Virus record (IMG/VR): IMGVR_UViG_3300011114_000961
Coordinates: 1 to 64,000 of that record
Origin: an uncultured virus (IMG/VR IMGVR_UViG_3300011114_000961)
Lineage: Duplodnaviria > Heunggongvirae > Uroviricota > Caudoviricetes
Direction: 5' to 3' (one strand)
DNA length: 64,000 nt
Position numbers and translations under genes: made by a program. Of this stretch, positions 1-9,315 are shown piece after piece. The notes below the pieces were generated by a model. It did not search any database, had not been told where the DNA came from, and saw nothing but the letters and a program-made list of their open reading frames with translations. The first letter of the stretch is position 1; each line of letters opens with the position of its first letter.

Positions 1-105
1 AAATCTCTCATGTGGTATTTAGCGAAGAACAAGTTGCTTTCCAAAATGTCTTGCTATTAGATAAAATACACTGTAAAATAGCACAATCGACCAACAAGGA
101 ACACC

Positions 106-699
106 ATGTCAACTTTAGTACCAATCGTTTTAGAACAAACCAGCAAGGGCGAGCGCAGCTATGATATCTACAGCCGACTGCTACGTGACCGCATTATCAT
201 GCTAGACGGAGAAGTGTCAGAACACAGTGCCAGCTTGATTGTGGCGCAATTGTTGTTTTTAGAAAGTGAAAATTCTGACAAAGACATCAGCTTGTACATC
301 AACAGCCCAGGCGGAAGTGTCACAGCAGGCATGGCCATCTATGATACCATGCAGTTTATCAAATGCGATATTCATACCATTGTGATGGGTCAAGCAGCCA
401 GCATGGGGTCGTTGTTGGCCACAGCCGGTGCAGCAGGCAAGCGACACATCTTGCCACATGCTCGACATATGATTCACCAACCATCAGGTGGTGCAAGAGG
501 CCAGGCCACCGACATTCAAATTCAAGCACAAGAGATACAAAAGATGAAACAGTATCTTACCGAAATTTATGTCCGGCACAACACCGCAGGCAAAACCTAT
601 GAAGAATTGCTACGGGACATGGAACGTGACTTTTTCATGAGTGCTAGCGAATCGGTTGCATACGGACTGGCTGACAAAATCATAGACAAGCGTGGTTGA
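106..699 (+). CDS. clpP: ATP-dependent Clp protease proteolytic subunit
   Basis: [26 protein letters not shown] (catalytic Ser), [13 protein letters not shown] motifs; AAGGA SD. Confidence 0.97.
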   Translation: MSTLVPIVLEQTSKGERSYDIYSRLLRDRIIMLDGEVSEHSASLIVAQLLFLESENSDKDISLYINSPGGSVTAGMAIYDTMQFIKCDIHTIVMGQAASMGSLLATAGAAGKRHILPHARHMIHQPSGGARGQATDIQIQAQEIQKMKQYLTEIYVRHNTAGKTYEELLRDMERDFFMSASESVAYGLADKIIDKRG

Positions 700-724
700 C
701 CAGTAATCTATTTCATGCTATAAT
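696..724 (+). promoter_or_regulatory. sigma70-type early promoter
   Basis: TTGACC-N17-TATAAT with TG extension; ATG 6 nt downstream. Confidence 0.85.
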
Positions 725-730
725 TACAGC

Positions 731-1159
731 ATGTTATATTTTTCCTATGGTATGAATACCAATCCCGACAGCATGGCCTATCGGTGTCCTGGCGCCCTGA
801 GCCTGGGCCATGCTCGTTTGCTAGAACACTCATTTAGATTTGCACATCATGCAGATGTGGTATCTACCCCGGGCAGTTTTGTGGATGGAGTATTATGGCA
901 AATTACCGCAGAGCATTTGACGGCCCTGGATTATCTGGAAGGTTATCCACATTATTATAATCGCAGCCAACAACGAGTATCTCTGGGCCGCCGTATATTA
1001 TTGGCTGAAGTATATTATATGAATCCTGACCAGGATTATTATCCACCCAGCGAATATTATCTAAATCATATTATCTCAGGATATAATAGTCATGCAGTTC
1101 CTACAGATCAGGTACTAAATGCCCTGGAATACGTGCAACAAATTCTGGTTGACCACTAA
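731..1159 (+). CDS. gamma-glutamylcyclotransferase (GGCT/AIG2-like) family protein
   Basis: YFSYGMN N-terminus, VDGVLW, LDYLEGYPHYY, PSEYY. Confidence 0.85.
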   Translation: MLYFSYGMNTNPDSMAYRCPGALSLGHARLLEHSFRFAHHADVVSTPGSFVDGVLWQITAEHLTALDYLEGYPHYYNRSQQRVSLGRRILLAEVYYMNPDQDYYPPSEYYLNHIISGYNSHAVPTDQVLNALEYVQQILVDH

Positions 1160-1177
1160 ACTCAATTGTGCTATAAT
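1149..1177 (+). promoter_or_regulatory. sigma70-type early promoter
   Basis: TTGACC-N17-TATAAT followed by AAGGAG SD. Confidence 0.85.
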
Positions 1178-1203
1178 ATACACTTAGCAACAAAGGAGCC
1201 CGA

Positions 1204-1539
1204 ATGAAAGCCGTTAACTTAGACACTGACAACGCTGGTTTTTATGCTTTTGCCGCAGCCCGTGACGCCAGAATGAGAGCCGCAGCCATGTGGAGCCACT
1301 ACACCAGCACCCAGCGCACTCGTGCCGAGCGCATGAAGCTGGGCCTGGAACTTTGCTACTCCGCCAGTGCCATCTACATCAATCCGCGAAACAAATTCAT
1401 CGCAATCAAAGTGGACCAGCCCACTGTGAGAGATCGCAAGAACCTAGCTCTGCTTGAGAAGGACTACGAAAAATTGGGTGATATTACCAAGGTGTCAACC
1501 AAGCAAGGCATCACTTATCGTATTGCAAAACCTTGTTAA
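1204..1539 (+). CDS. hypothetical phage protein
   Basis: ORF with promoter and AAGGAG SD. Confidence 0.75.
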   Translation: MKAVNLDTDNAGFYAFAAARDARMRAAAMWSHYTSTQRTRAERMKLGLELCYSASAIYINPRNKFIAIKVDQPTVRDRKNLALLEKDYEKLGDITKVSTKQGITYRIAKPC

Positions 1540-1553
1540 GTCAGGAGAGTTTG

Positions 1554-1670
1554 ATGACCCTGTACACCATACGTTGGAAACAACCGTACTCAAATTGGCT
1601 TCCTAGTGAGCCTGAGATCCAGGATCTTTCTCAGGCTCGTCAAGTGCTACAAAGGATCATGTCAAGATGA
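1554..1670 (+). CDS. small hypothetical protein (38 aa)
   Basis: AGGAG SD; stop overlaps next ATG (ATGA); below ORF-track cutoff. Confidence 0.55.
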   Translation: MTLYTIRWKQPYSNWLPSEPEIQDLSQARQVLQRIMSR

Positions 1671-2014
1671 AATGGTTTGCTGAAATCACAGACTGGAAAG
1701 GTCAGGCACCTAACCATGTGTATCTCCTGGATGATGCCAAGAGCAAGATGTTTGCCTATGTTCCGTTTGGCACTGGCATACCTACCACTTTCAAGGCACC
1801 CATTCGCCTGGACATGCGCGGCCGCAAATTCACAGTGAATCCTGTGCAGTTTGAGGTAGCTGTCAAGCCGGAAGAACCGCAGGGGCGTGTGTGGGAAGTG
1901 CAAGGCAGCAAGGGTGACGTGTATCGGGTCACTGAAGTCAACGGCACAATGAATTGCACTTGCAGTGGATTTAGATTCCGCGGCGATTGTAAACATGTAA
2001 AAAGTGTGAAGTGA
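1667..2014 (+). CDS. SWIM zinc-finger protein
   Basis: GSKGDVYRV followed by CTCSGFRFRGDCKH (CxC...CxH). Confidence 0.8.
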   Translation: MKWFAEITDWKGQAPNHVYLLDDAKSKMFAYVPFGTGIPTTFKAPIRLDMRGRKFTVNPVQFEVAVKPEEPQGRVWEVQGSKGDVYRVTEVNGTMNCTCSGFRFRGDCKHVKSVK

Positions 2015-2042
2015 TTGTGTTCGCTGAAGACAAGGAAACAAA

Positions 2043-2546
2043 ATGCAAATAGTAAATGATTTTTATCAAGATAGACAGACGGTGGTCAATGCAGCCATTA
2101 GAGATTGTGTGTTCTTGTACAAAAATCCTGTAGGCAACCGCAGCCAGGTTCCTGCGATTCCCAGCGGGTACGAATCGTGGTCCAGCACAGACCCTGTGCA
2201 TGCTCAAAATGCATACAGGCTGACAGCAGAAATACAGCCCTTGGCCGCAGCAATTGAACAATTGACCGGATTGAGCGTGATGCGGTCCTGGGCCAACCTT
2301 CATAAATCACAGCAATGGATTGGTGCCCATGCACACCGGCATTCAAGTTTGCCAAATACCAGCATGGTTAAATCAGTGGCCACATACTATGCACAAGTGG
2401 GTTCGGGCGAGACACTGATTTTTGAAGATCAAGCAGTGCCCGTAGAACAAAACATGTTGATGGTGTTTGATGCTGACCTGGTGCATGGATTTGACCCCGT
2501 GGATCGAACAGTAGATAGAATCGTAATTACTTTTGAATTGGGATAA
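2043..2546 (+). CDS. 2OG-Fe(II) oxygenase-like protein
   Basis: SWAN..HAH, YY, FDADLVH, RIVITF pattern of double-stranded beta-helix oxygenases. Confidence 0.65.
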   Translation: MQIVNDFYQDRQTVVNAAIRDCVFLYKNPVGNRSQVPAIPSGYESWSSTDPVHAQNAYRLTAEIQPLAAAIEQLTGLSVMRSWANLHKSQQWIGAHAHRHSSLPNTSMVKSVATYYAQVGSGETLIFEDQAVPVEQNMLMVFDADLVHGFDPVDRTVDRIVITFELG

Positions 2547-2548
2547 AC

Positions 2549-2677
2549 ATGTCTAAATACATTACCAATCGTTATCAATCTGTGTTGTTTCCTTGGGAAC
2601 CCGGCCTGGTTGAATGGTTGCAACAACAGTATCCGCACAGTAAATATCACATTGTAGAAATTTCACAGGAGCAATAA
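2549..2677 (+). CDS. small hypothetical protein (42 aa)
   Basis: ORF MSKYITNRY...SQEQ fills the gap exactly. Confidence 0.55.
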   Translation: MSKYITNRYQSVLFPWEPGLVEWLQQQYPHSKYHIVEISQEQ

Positions 2678-2678
2678 C

Positions 2679-2906
2679 ATGCCATACGTATACAAAGAAG
2701 TTGAAATAGATGTTGATTTGAGTGACTTTGAAACAGGCGATCTAATTGAAGAGTTAGAAACTCGTGGCGAATTGCCCACAAGTTCAGGCCCATACGGTAG
2801 CAAAGAGTTGGTAGAACAAATCTGGATGAAACGCAGAATGGGCAATCACGATTATCAATCGGAGTTAGATCAATTGATCTACAACGTAACAGGACACATC
2901 ATATGA
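2679..2906 (+). CDS. hypothetical protein
   Basis: AGGAG SD, tight packing. Confidence 0.75.
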   Translation: MPYVYKEVEIDVDLSDFETGDLIEELETRGELPTSSGPYGSKELVEQIWMKRRMGNHDYQSELDQLIYNVTGHII

Positions 2907-3070
2907 CCACAGTGACTTTGATAGAAGATCCCGAAACAGGAGAGTTAATAATGCCATTCCCCGAAGGCATGTGCGACGAGATGGGTTGGGAAATAGGCGA
3001 CACGCTGACCTGGACAGCCAACGAGGATGGGTCATTTACCTTGAGCAAAAAATCCACACAGGAGAAGTAA
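2903..3070 (+). CDS. AbrB/MazE/SpoVT-like small DNA-binding protein (55 aa)
   Basis: GELIMPFPEGMCDEMGWEIGDTLTW..EDGSFTL matches swapped-hairpin pattern; ATGA overlap with upstream gene. Confidence 0.65.
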   Translation: MTTVTLIEDPETGELIMPFPEGMCDEMGWEIGDTLTWTANEDGSFTLSKKSTQEK

Positions 3071-3072
3071 TC

Positions 3073-3390
3073 ATGAAAGTGTTAGTGGCTTTGTTATTGC
3101 TATTGAGTGCAGCAATCAGTCCAGCAGACACATTGCGAGTGGGCCAAGACGATTTGATCTTTAATGTCAGTCCCGGCCATACTCCCAAGATCATTGAATG
3201 GATCATAGTGGAGGACCTAGACCAGGCCTGCTACGGCAAACCCAAGAATCCCGGCCAAGGTGAACTGCGCGGCTGTGCCAAGTTCAACAAAACCAAATGT
3301 TTTGTGTACACCAAAAAACAAACCACATTGGCCAATCTTGGTCATGAGATGCGACATTGTTTTGAAGGTCAATGGCATGAGCCTGAATAG
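3073..3390 (+). CDS. exported protein with HExxH motif
   Basis: AGGAG SD, signal peptide MKVLVALLLLLSAA, LGHEMRHC. Confidence 0.65.
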   Translation: MKVLVALLLLLSAAISPADTLRVGQDDLIFNVSPGHTPKIIEWIIVEDLDQACYGKPKNPGQGELRGCAKFNKTKCFVYTKKQTTLANLGHEMRHCFEGQWHEPE

Positions 3391-3510
3391 TTAACCTAGC
3401 CGTTAATGACAAAACCAACCAAAAATCCTGGGTATTACACAAGATTGCTGTAATAATTCTTAAATAAAATCCAGCACACTAAAAATGTGCTTTTTAAAGG
3501 AGTTTATTTT

Positions 3511-3741
3511 ATGGACAATGTAATGGCAAAGGCTAATGGCCTTTTAAACGGTATCATCGATATTGGTATCAAACTGATCGCTGCTGGCGTGATTCTGCAA
3601 ATCCTATTTGGTGCCGCAGTTCCGTTCCTGGCAATCGATGTGACTGCAAGCCTGATCAAATTTGTAGCTGCCCTGGGCAGCCAAGGACTGGTTGGTTTGG
3701 TTGCAATAGGCGTGATCTATTGGTCCTTCAACAAGAAGTAA
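3511..3741 (+). CDS. small membrane protein
   Basis: AAGGAG SD, hydrophobic segments; upstream TAAATA at 3461. Confidence 0.75.
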   Translation: MDNVMAKANGLLNGIIDIGIKLIAAGVILQILFGAAVPFLAIDVTASLIKFVAALGSQGLVGLVAIGVIYWSFNKK

Positions 3742-3759
3742 ACTCCAGTAGCACAAACT

Positions 3760-3788
3760 AAAAAGCCACCCTTAGGGTGGCTTTTTTT
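3760..3788. terminator. bidirectional intrinsic terminator
   Basis: AAAAAGCCACCC-TTA-GGGTGGCTTTTT between convergent genes. Confidence 0.9.
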
Positions 3789-4218
3789 ATTTGTAAATGT
3801 AATTGATGGTGGTGATATTTTCTCTCAGTTCCAACGCACCATTCTTGAGATGGAAACGTCGAGCCATCTCGGTCTTGGGACTCAAGGTCACATAGGTCTG
3901 TATGTCAGGAAATTCAGCCTTGATACTTTTTTGTGCTTCTTGTATCAAGGTTCGGCCTGCGCCGGCAGCATAACTCCAAATGGTATAGAATACAGCGGTT
4001 GTGGCACTCTCGACCAGGTCGGCCATGTCTTCCACAGCAGCAGGCACGTTGGTGAGAAACTTAACACAGGTCACAGCTGATGTACTGTCGCCGGTTTTCA
4101 GCAGATAAATTCTGCTGTTGCTGTTGATTCGATCTTGTATGGGTATCTCAGGACGCACTGGGTCATCCTTGATCAAGAGTTCGAGCTCGTCGGTTATGGT
4201 GGTGATGGTGTGTAACAT
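3787..4218 (-). CDS. GNAT-fold protein resembling the malonyl-CoA decarboxylase catalytic domain
   Basis: AVFYTIWSY...GAGRTLI...EFPDIQTYVTLSP. Confidence 0.55.
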   Translation of the reverse strand: MLHTITTITDELELLIKDDPVRPEIPIQDRINSNSRIYLLKTGDSTSAVTCVKFLTNVPAAVEDMADLVESATTAVFYTIWSYAAGAGRTLIQEAQKSIKAEFPDIQTYVTLSPKTEMARRFHLKNGALELRENITTINYIYK

Positions 4219-4292
4219 AATGTACGCCGTTATTATTATGCACAGATATTTATCAGATTGAGCAAACTACAATATATTTTTGCCAGAAACTG

Positions 4293-4321
4293 TTGCAACT
4301 GTCACAAGATTGTTATACAAT
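4293..4321 (+). promoter_or_regulatory. sigma70-type promoter
   Basis: TTGCAA-N17-TACAAT. Confidence 0.6.
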
Positions 4322-4369
4322 AGTCAAATGCTGTACGCAACAGCTATTCACTAATGAAAGGTAAATTAT

Positions 4370-4636
4370 ATGCGTTTTAATCCAGAAACAAAAACATTCA
4401 AGGTATTCAGTGCTTTGTACAACGGCGAGAAGTTGACCCCTGCTGCTGCTGAAAAGCGTTTTGGTGTGAAGAATCTTTCCGCCGAAGCCAGCCGCATCCG
4501 TGCTGCTGGTTATGCTGTGTATGCCAACAGCCGTGTGGCTGGCAACAACACCAAAGTCACCGAGTATGTGATTGGCAAACCTAGCCGCAAGATTGTGGCA
4601 GCTGGCTACAAGGCCATGGCCCTTGGTTTGGTCTAA
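4370..4636 (+). CDS. winged-helix DNA-binding-like protein
   Basis: GEKLTPAAAEKRFGVKNLSAEASRIRAAGY; strongly biased codons; own promoter and terminator. Confidence 0.65.
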   Translation: MRFNPETKTFKVFSALYNGEKLTPAAAEKRFGVKNLSAEASRIRAAGYAVYANSRVAGNNTKVTEYVIGKPSRKIVAAGYKAMALGLV

Positions 4637-4658
4637 TCCGTTCGGATAACCAACATGC

Positions 4659-4686
4659 AAAAACCCTGCCTGGTGCAGGGTTTTTT
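4659..4686 (+). terminator. intrinsic terminator
   Basis: AAAAACCCTGC-CTGGT-GCAGGGTTTTTT. Confidence 0.85.
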
Positions 4687-4687
4687 G

Positions 4688-4716
4688 TTGACCAGTAAAT
4701 CACAATCTGCTATAAT
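4688..4716 (+). promoter_or_regulatory. sigma70-type early promoter
   Basis: TTGACC-N17-TATAAT. Confidence 0.85.
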
Positions 4717-4738
4717 AGCTGTGTAAAGGACTCAATGC

Positions 4739-5191
4739 ATGATCAAGCAACTTTTTACCCGACTAGGACGTTATCGCGTTATTCATGACAGGCTGGACAA
4801 TGAACCTTATTTGGAACGTTACTATGTGTTTCTCAAAGACCGCGAACGTTTTCCGTTCAATGTGTTTGTACACAAGTTCCTCAAGAGTGATCCAGACGAT
4901 GTGCATGATCATCCATGGCCCTTTGCCACACTGATATTGAAAGGTGGTTATTGGGAATGGCGCCCCACATTCGATGCTGAAGGACGCAAAATTGGAGAAG
5001 TCGCACGTTGGTGCGGCGCAGGCAGTTTTCGCACTGCTCAGGCCAATACCTATCACAGGATCGAACTGGATCCCAACATCACCTGTTGGACCTTGTTCAT
5101 GCCCGGACGCAAACAGCGTGATTGGGGATTCCTGGTCAAGAACCAGTGGATCCAATGGGAACAATATTTGAAACAAAGGAAAGCAGTATGA
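4739..5191 (+). CDS. cupin-fold (RmlC-like) protein
   Basis: HDHPWPFATLILKGGYWE...YHRIEL...WTLF. Confidence 0.75.
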   Translation: MIKQLFTRLGRYRVIHDRLDNEPYLERYYVFLKDRERFPFNVFVHKFLKSDPDDVHDHPWPFATLILKGGYWEWRPTFDAEGRKIGEVARWCGAGSFRTAQANTYHRIELDPNITCWTLFMPGRKQRDWGFLVKNQWIQWEQYLKQRKAV

Positions 5192-5508
5192 AATGGTTTA
5201 AACGTATGATCGCCCGGTGGGTGCGCGAAGATTGGGACAACGCCAGTATACAACTCAATCTGAAAGAATCAAATGCACTGATCCAATCAACTCGCGGCAC
5301 GGTTCGTGTCAACAGTGACACCATCGACGGCCACTCGGGACTGAACATCACTGTGATGCCAGCTATTGGTGGCAAGATCATCACATTCCGACACTACGAC
5401 CGTCGCAAAGATGATACCCAATACCGGCACTATGTGATTCCAGACGACCTGGACTTTGAACGCGAACTGGGCAAGATGATCACTTTGGAATCCATGCGGC
5501 AGGTATAA
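5188..5508 (+). CDS. hypothetical protein
   Basis: ATGA overlap, AAGGA SD. Confidence 0.7.
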   Translation: MKWFKRMIARWVREDWDNASIQLNLKESNALIQSTRGTVRVNSDTIDGHSGLNITVMPAIGGKIITFRHYDRRKDDTQYRHYVIPDDLDFERELGKMITLESMRQV

Positions 5509-5515
5509 TTACAAT

Positions 5516-5896
5516 ATGACTGAATTTTTAATTCCTGTTGTGCTTGGCATTTTGGTTGGTGCCGCACTGATACATTTTTATCAGGCCTGGCAGACCTGGC
5601 GTGCGTTACAAGAACTAGAAGGCCTGCCGCCGGAAGCATTGAAAACTTTGGAGAAGTTGGAAAACGAAACACTGATTATTTTAGAGGTTGAATCAGTTGA
5701 CAATCAATTTCTATGTTACAATCACTTTACAAAAGACTTTGTGTGTACCGGGCAAAATCTAGTTGAAATTATAAAGAACTTTAATCAACGCTATCCCGAT
5801 AAAAACGCAGCTATAGCCCGCGGTGATCCTGCTGCACTGGCTGTGTTGAAGAAACAATTTGACCAAGAAATAAATGAAAATCGCATTAGCATCTGA
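5516..5896 (+). CDS. hypothetical protein with N-terminal TM helix
   Basis: hydrophobic N-terminus; TATAAT 6 nt upstream of ATG. Confidence 0.7.
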   Translation: MTEFLIPVVLGILVGAALIHFYQAWQTWRALQELEGLPPEALKTLEKLENETLIILEVESVDNQFLCYNHFTKDFVCTGQNLVEIIKNFNQRYPDKNAAIARGDPAALAVLKKQFDQEINENRISI

Positions 5897-6752
5897 CGTC
5901 CACTTGGAGTTTGGACCACTTGAAATCAACAACACCGATCATGCTGATGTACTGATCCTGGGCGGCGATATCTGTGTGGCTTGCGAATTGATGGATCGTG
6001 GCATCCCACATGCTCAGAGCCAAAGATATCACAGCTTCTTCGAACATTGTGCAGAACAATTCGACCAGGTGATATACATTGCAGGCAATCACGAGCACTA
6101 TCGGGGCGACTACGCATTGACTGTGCCTCGCTTGAAAGAAAAGTTATCATACCTGACCAATCTGCATGTGTTGGAAAAGCAAAGCATGACCATCAATGGC
6201 GTGACTTTTTTGTGTGGCACATTGTGGACTGACATGAATCGCAATGACCCGCAGACCCTGCTGGTCATTCGTAACTACATGAATGATTACCGCACCATCG
6301 AAAATAGTCACCGAATGGTATCGTACAAAAGTCGTGTGCCCAGTGGAGACTGGCCTTATGATGCCAGCAAAGACACAGTGACGTTTAAAACCCGAGCCAG
6401 CAAATTCACTCCTGAAGATTCAGTTGAAGACCACAACACCATGTTGGCATTTGTACGTGACGAGATTGCAAAAAATCCTGGCAGCCGATTTGTTGTGGTA
6501 GGGCATCATGCTCCTAGCCCTCTCAGCATTGCACCTCAGTATCAAGGACAATTTGTGATGAATGGTGCATTTGGTTCAGACCTGTCTGAATTTATGTTGG
6601 ACCATCCTGAAATTGTATTGTGGACACATGGCCACATGCATGACGTTTTTGACTACACAATTGGTACCTGTCGAGTGGTATGTAACCCACGTGGTTATGT
6701 TGGCCACGAAGCTCGTGCCCAAAACTGGCAGCTGAAAACAATTGAGATTTGA
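5874..6752 (+). CDS. calcineurin-like metallophosphoesterase
   Basis: SDVH, GGD, GNHE, HHAP, HGHMH motifs. Confidence 0.92.
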   Translation: MKIALASDVHLEFGPLEINNTDHADVLILGGDICVACELMDRGIPHAQSQRYHSFFEHCAEQFDQVIYIAGNHEHYRGDYALTVPRLKEKLSYLTNLHVLEKQSMTINGVTFLCGTLWTDMNRNDPQTLLVIRNYMNDYRTIENSHRMVSYKSRVPSGDWPYDASKDTVTFKTRASKFTPEDSVEDHNTMLAFVRDEIAKNPGSRFVVVGHHAPSPLSIAPQYQGQFVMNGAFGSDLSEFMLDHPEIVLWTHGHMHDVFDYTIGTCRVVCNPRGYVGHEARAQNWQLKTIEI

Positions 6753-6775
6753 TTTTTTAACTCTGGAAGGTACCG

Positions 6776-7012
6776 ATGTTTGCACGTATGGTTGAAGACT
6801 TGATGAAAGAACCGCAGTCAGAAATTGTAACGATACAACTAAAGGACTATGAAAATTGGCAAAAACAATACACCTGGGACGCATTGCAAAACATACGTTA
6901 CGGGCAGAGTTTCTGTAATCAATACAACATTACAGATTTGAGACTGTACTACTCTCGAGACTGGGTGTTCTGTGATCGATTGATACGCAAAGAATACATC
7001 ACCCGACCCTGA
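6776..7012 (+). CDS. hypothetical protein
   Basis: ORF in operon; start uncertain. Confidence 0.65.
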   Translation: MFARMVEDLMKEPQSEIVTIQLKDYENWQKQYTWDALQNIRYGQSFCNQYNITDLRLYYSRDWVFCDRLIRKEYITRP

Positions 7013-7209
7013 TGCATTCAATCACTTTCAACATGAGTCCACAGCAGGGTCTAGAGCTCAAGACTCAACTGGAGCAGTCGGGACTGATTCAGGGATATGA
7101 TTTCACATGGACATACGTGCCGCCCGATGACATTAACCGTCATCGAACTGTGATATTTCATTTTCGAGATCCTGCACTAGCAACGTTTTATCAATTGAAA
7201 TGGAGTTGA
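7012..7209 (+). CDS. stand-alone member of the F-x-L-[RK]-W small-protein family
   Basis: ends FHFRDPALATFYQLKWS like the 16654-18859 array genes. Confidence 0.7.
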   Translation: MHSITFNMSPQQGLELKTQLEQSGLIQGYDFTWTYVPPDDINRHRTVIFHFRDPALATFYQLKWS

Positions 7210-7211
7210 CC

Positions 7212-7445
7212 ATGAATAACATAAGCATCACCGACCTTACCGTGCGTCAATGCCGATTGTTGGACACCATGTGGCAGTTACAAAGCCAGGAAGAATTTGA
7301 ATCTTGGTTTGAAGAACTCACTGCAAAAGAACGCTACGAAGTGCATGCCCTGAAACAGGTGTTGTTGCACGAACTGATGGAAATTTCACTGCACGAAACT
7401 GGCTTTGAAGAAAGCGGACGAGTGTTGCAGAAATTTTCATTGTGA
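7212..7445 (+). CDS. hypothetical protein
   Basis: GGAG SD lies inside the upstream KWS codons. Confidence 0.7.
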   Translation: MNNISITDLTVRQCRLLDTMWQLQSQEEFESWFEELTAKERYEVHALKQVLLHELMEISLHETGFEESGRVLQKFSL

Positions 7446-7461
7446 CTTTGTCCAAAATCAG

Positions 7462-7490
7462 TTGACCTCCTGCACTAGTTGTGCTATACT
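7462..7490 (+). promoter_or_regulatory. sigma70-type promoter
   Basis: TTGACC-N17-TATACT. Confidence 0.8.
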
Positions 7491-7544
7491 ACGTTTGTCT
7501 TGTTTAAGTTATGAGACATTCTATCAACTTTTAAAGGAAAATTC

Positions 7545-8732
7545 ATGTCAACTATTGTATCAACTCGCACGATCACTCGCGGTGCCAATCCCTATGCACC
7601 CATGATTCGACAACAAAATGTCAGTCTAACACCACAAGGTGCCACCACCATCTACGAGCCAGTTTCGGTACGTGGCAATCGAGCACATGTCAATTCACAT
7701 GTACAACAAAGCCTAACCAATCTTGCACAACGGCTCGGGGGTCAAAAATACAAGCAAGAGCATTTTGGATTTTTAATCTTGGTTCCCATCTCTTTGTTGG
7801 ATATCAACATAGAAATTCAACGCGATGAAGATGCTGAGCACCAGGCCAAGATCATTGACAAATTTGATCCTCGCATTTACATGCCTGTGATGTGTACAAA
7901 ACTAAAAACTGGTCGATACTCAGTGTGGGAGGGGCAACAAACTTCTTGTGTGCTGTACCACTTGTACAAAGCGGGTCTTATCGAAGACGACTTCTTGGTG
8001 CAAGTCAAAGCCTTTGACGAAGACATGGTTGTTCCGGGCACCCAACTACAAGGTGAAGCAGTGGCCAGTTATGGATTCCGCCAAATCAACGGTGGTGGAC
8101 GCAAAGGTATTGATGCATATCACTTGCATCGCAGTCGTGTAAACGGTGTCCGCTTGTACAATTCAAACTTTGACGAAGACGTTCAAAGTGAAGCAATTCA
8201 GTGCATCCTGGAAGATAACCAAATGTTTCCAGCCAAAGCCAGTGACGCACGAGGGCAATTGGCCAGCCCGGGTATGGTCACTTACATTCACGGTCTCAAT
8301 CAGATTGCCGGACACGGTACTGATATGAAATTGTTCAATGTGACCAAAGCAGATTTGGCATGGGCACTGGCCTGGCACGATGAATACTACCCCAACGAAA
8401 AAGGTGTAGATGGTGGTTTTATTCTGGCATTTGGACGATTGGCCCATGCGGCTCGAACTGCTAAAAATCCAGTATCGCTGGGCAATGCCAAGAGTGCAAT
8501 CAGTCAGGATCTGTACAAACAGTTTCAAAGTCTCTACGGTTCGCCCAAGGCCTTTCACAAAGATTGCAAGCAACGGCTGGAGGCCTGGCAAGATGCCAAC
8601 GACGCGCCTGGCGGCTGGACAGACAATTGCTTGACTCCCATGCTGGTGATGGATTACTACAATCCCAACAAGTTTGGTGGCAAATTGGCTTTGCCTCAAG
8701 TGCCAGACATGAAGAAATATGCGGGGTTCTAA
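7545..8732 (+). CDS. protein with ParB/Srx-like N-terminal domain
   Basis: IQRD...IIDKFDP...GRYSVWEGQQT resembles the QR...DGQHR pattern. Confidence 0.5.
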   Translation: MSTIVSTRTITRGANPYAPMIRQQNVSLTPQGATTIYEPVSVRGNRAHVNSHVQQSLTNLAQRLGGQKYKQEHFGFLILVPISLLDINIEIQRDEDAEHQAKIIDKFDPRIYMPVMCTKLKTGRYSVWEGQQTSCVLYHLYKAGLIEDDFLVQVKAFDEDMVVPGTQLQGEAVASYGFRQINGGGRKGIDAYHLHRSRVNGVRLYNSNFDEDVQSEAIQCILEDNQMFPAKASDARGQLASPGMVTYIHGLNQIAGHGTDMKLFNVTKADLAWALAWHDEYYPNEKGVDGGFILAFGRLAHAARTAKNPVSLGNAKSAISQDLYKQFQSLYGSPKAFHKDCKQRLEAWQDANDAPGGWTDNCLTPMLVMDYYNPNKFGGKLALPQVPDMKKYAGF

Positions 8733-8733
8733 A

Positions 8734-9099
8734 ATGACTGAATCTAAAACATATTATTTCTATCTGTGGTGTCATCGCTTTGTGGATGATGCAGACAACA
8801 TAATCGCTCGTACCTGTTTTGGTATTACCAGCAATCCGGTGGGCCGAACACAAGGTTATGAAGGCCATGTTGGACATGTGGTCAAATTTGCAAGGCTGTG
8901 GACCGGCCCTGAACGGCTAATTCGTGAACTTGAATCTCGTGTCAAAGGCGACTTTGCCAATCAAATTGTAACCGGCACCAATGGATTCAGATACGAATGG
9001 ATTGACGAAACTGTGGATTTTGATTCAATCTGCAATTGGGTCAACTGGGAAGTGGAAAATACTTTCATTGGTATAACTGCTGCAGAGGAAATCAAATGA
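8734..9099 (+). CDS. GIY-YIG-like protein
   Basis: YYFYLW...CFGITSNPVGRTQGY...LE. Confidence 0.45.
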   Translation: MTESKTYYFYLWCHRFVDDADNIIARTCFGITSNPVGRTQGYEGHVGHVVKFARLWTGPERLIRELESRVKGDFANQIVTGTNGFRYEWIDETVDFDSICNWVNWEVENTFIGITAAEEIK

Positions 9100-9314
9100 G
9101 CAAACTGTCGTTTATTGGTCGCCCTTGGGTGGTATTTGATCCAACTTTGGAATCACATCGACAGTGGTTTGCTGAGTTTCAAGCACGCCGAAGTTGGGGA
9201 CATTGCCCGGTGAGATTCATAGTGGATGATAATGCCGGGGATTTATTAACTATGATCCAGCGCAAATTGATAGATTATTATACCAATCAGGAATTTGGTG
9301 ATATTCTAGCTTAA
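9096..9314 (+). CDS. hypothetical protein
   Basis: GAGGA SD, ATGA overlap. Confidence 0.7.
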   Translation: MSKLSFIGRPWVVFDPTLESHRQWFAEFQARRSWGHCPVRFIVDDNAGDLLTMIQRKLIDYYTNQEFGDILA

Positions 9315-9315
9315 T

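Noticed and set aside
2903..3390. Toxin-antitoxin pair around the AbrB-like gene
   Set aside because: The downstream gene is an exported HExxH protein, not a recognisable toxin.
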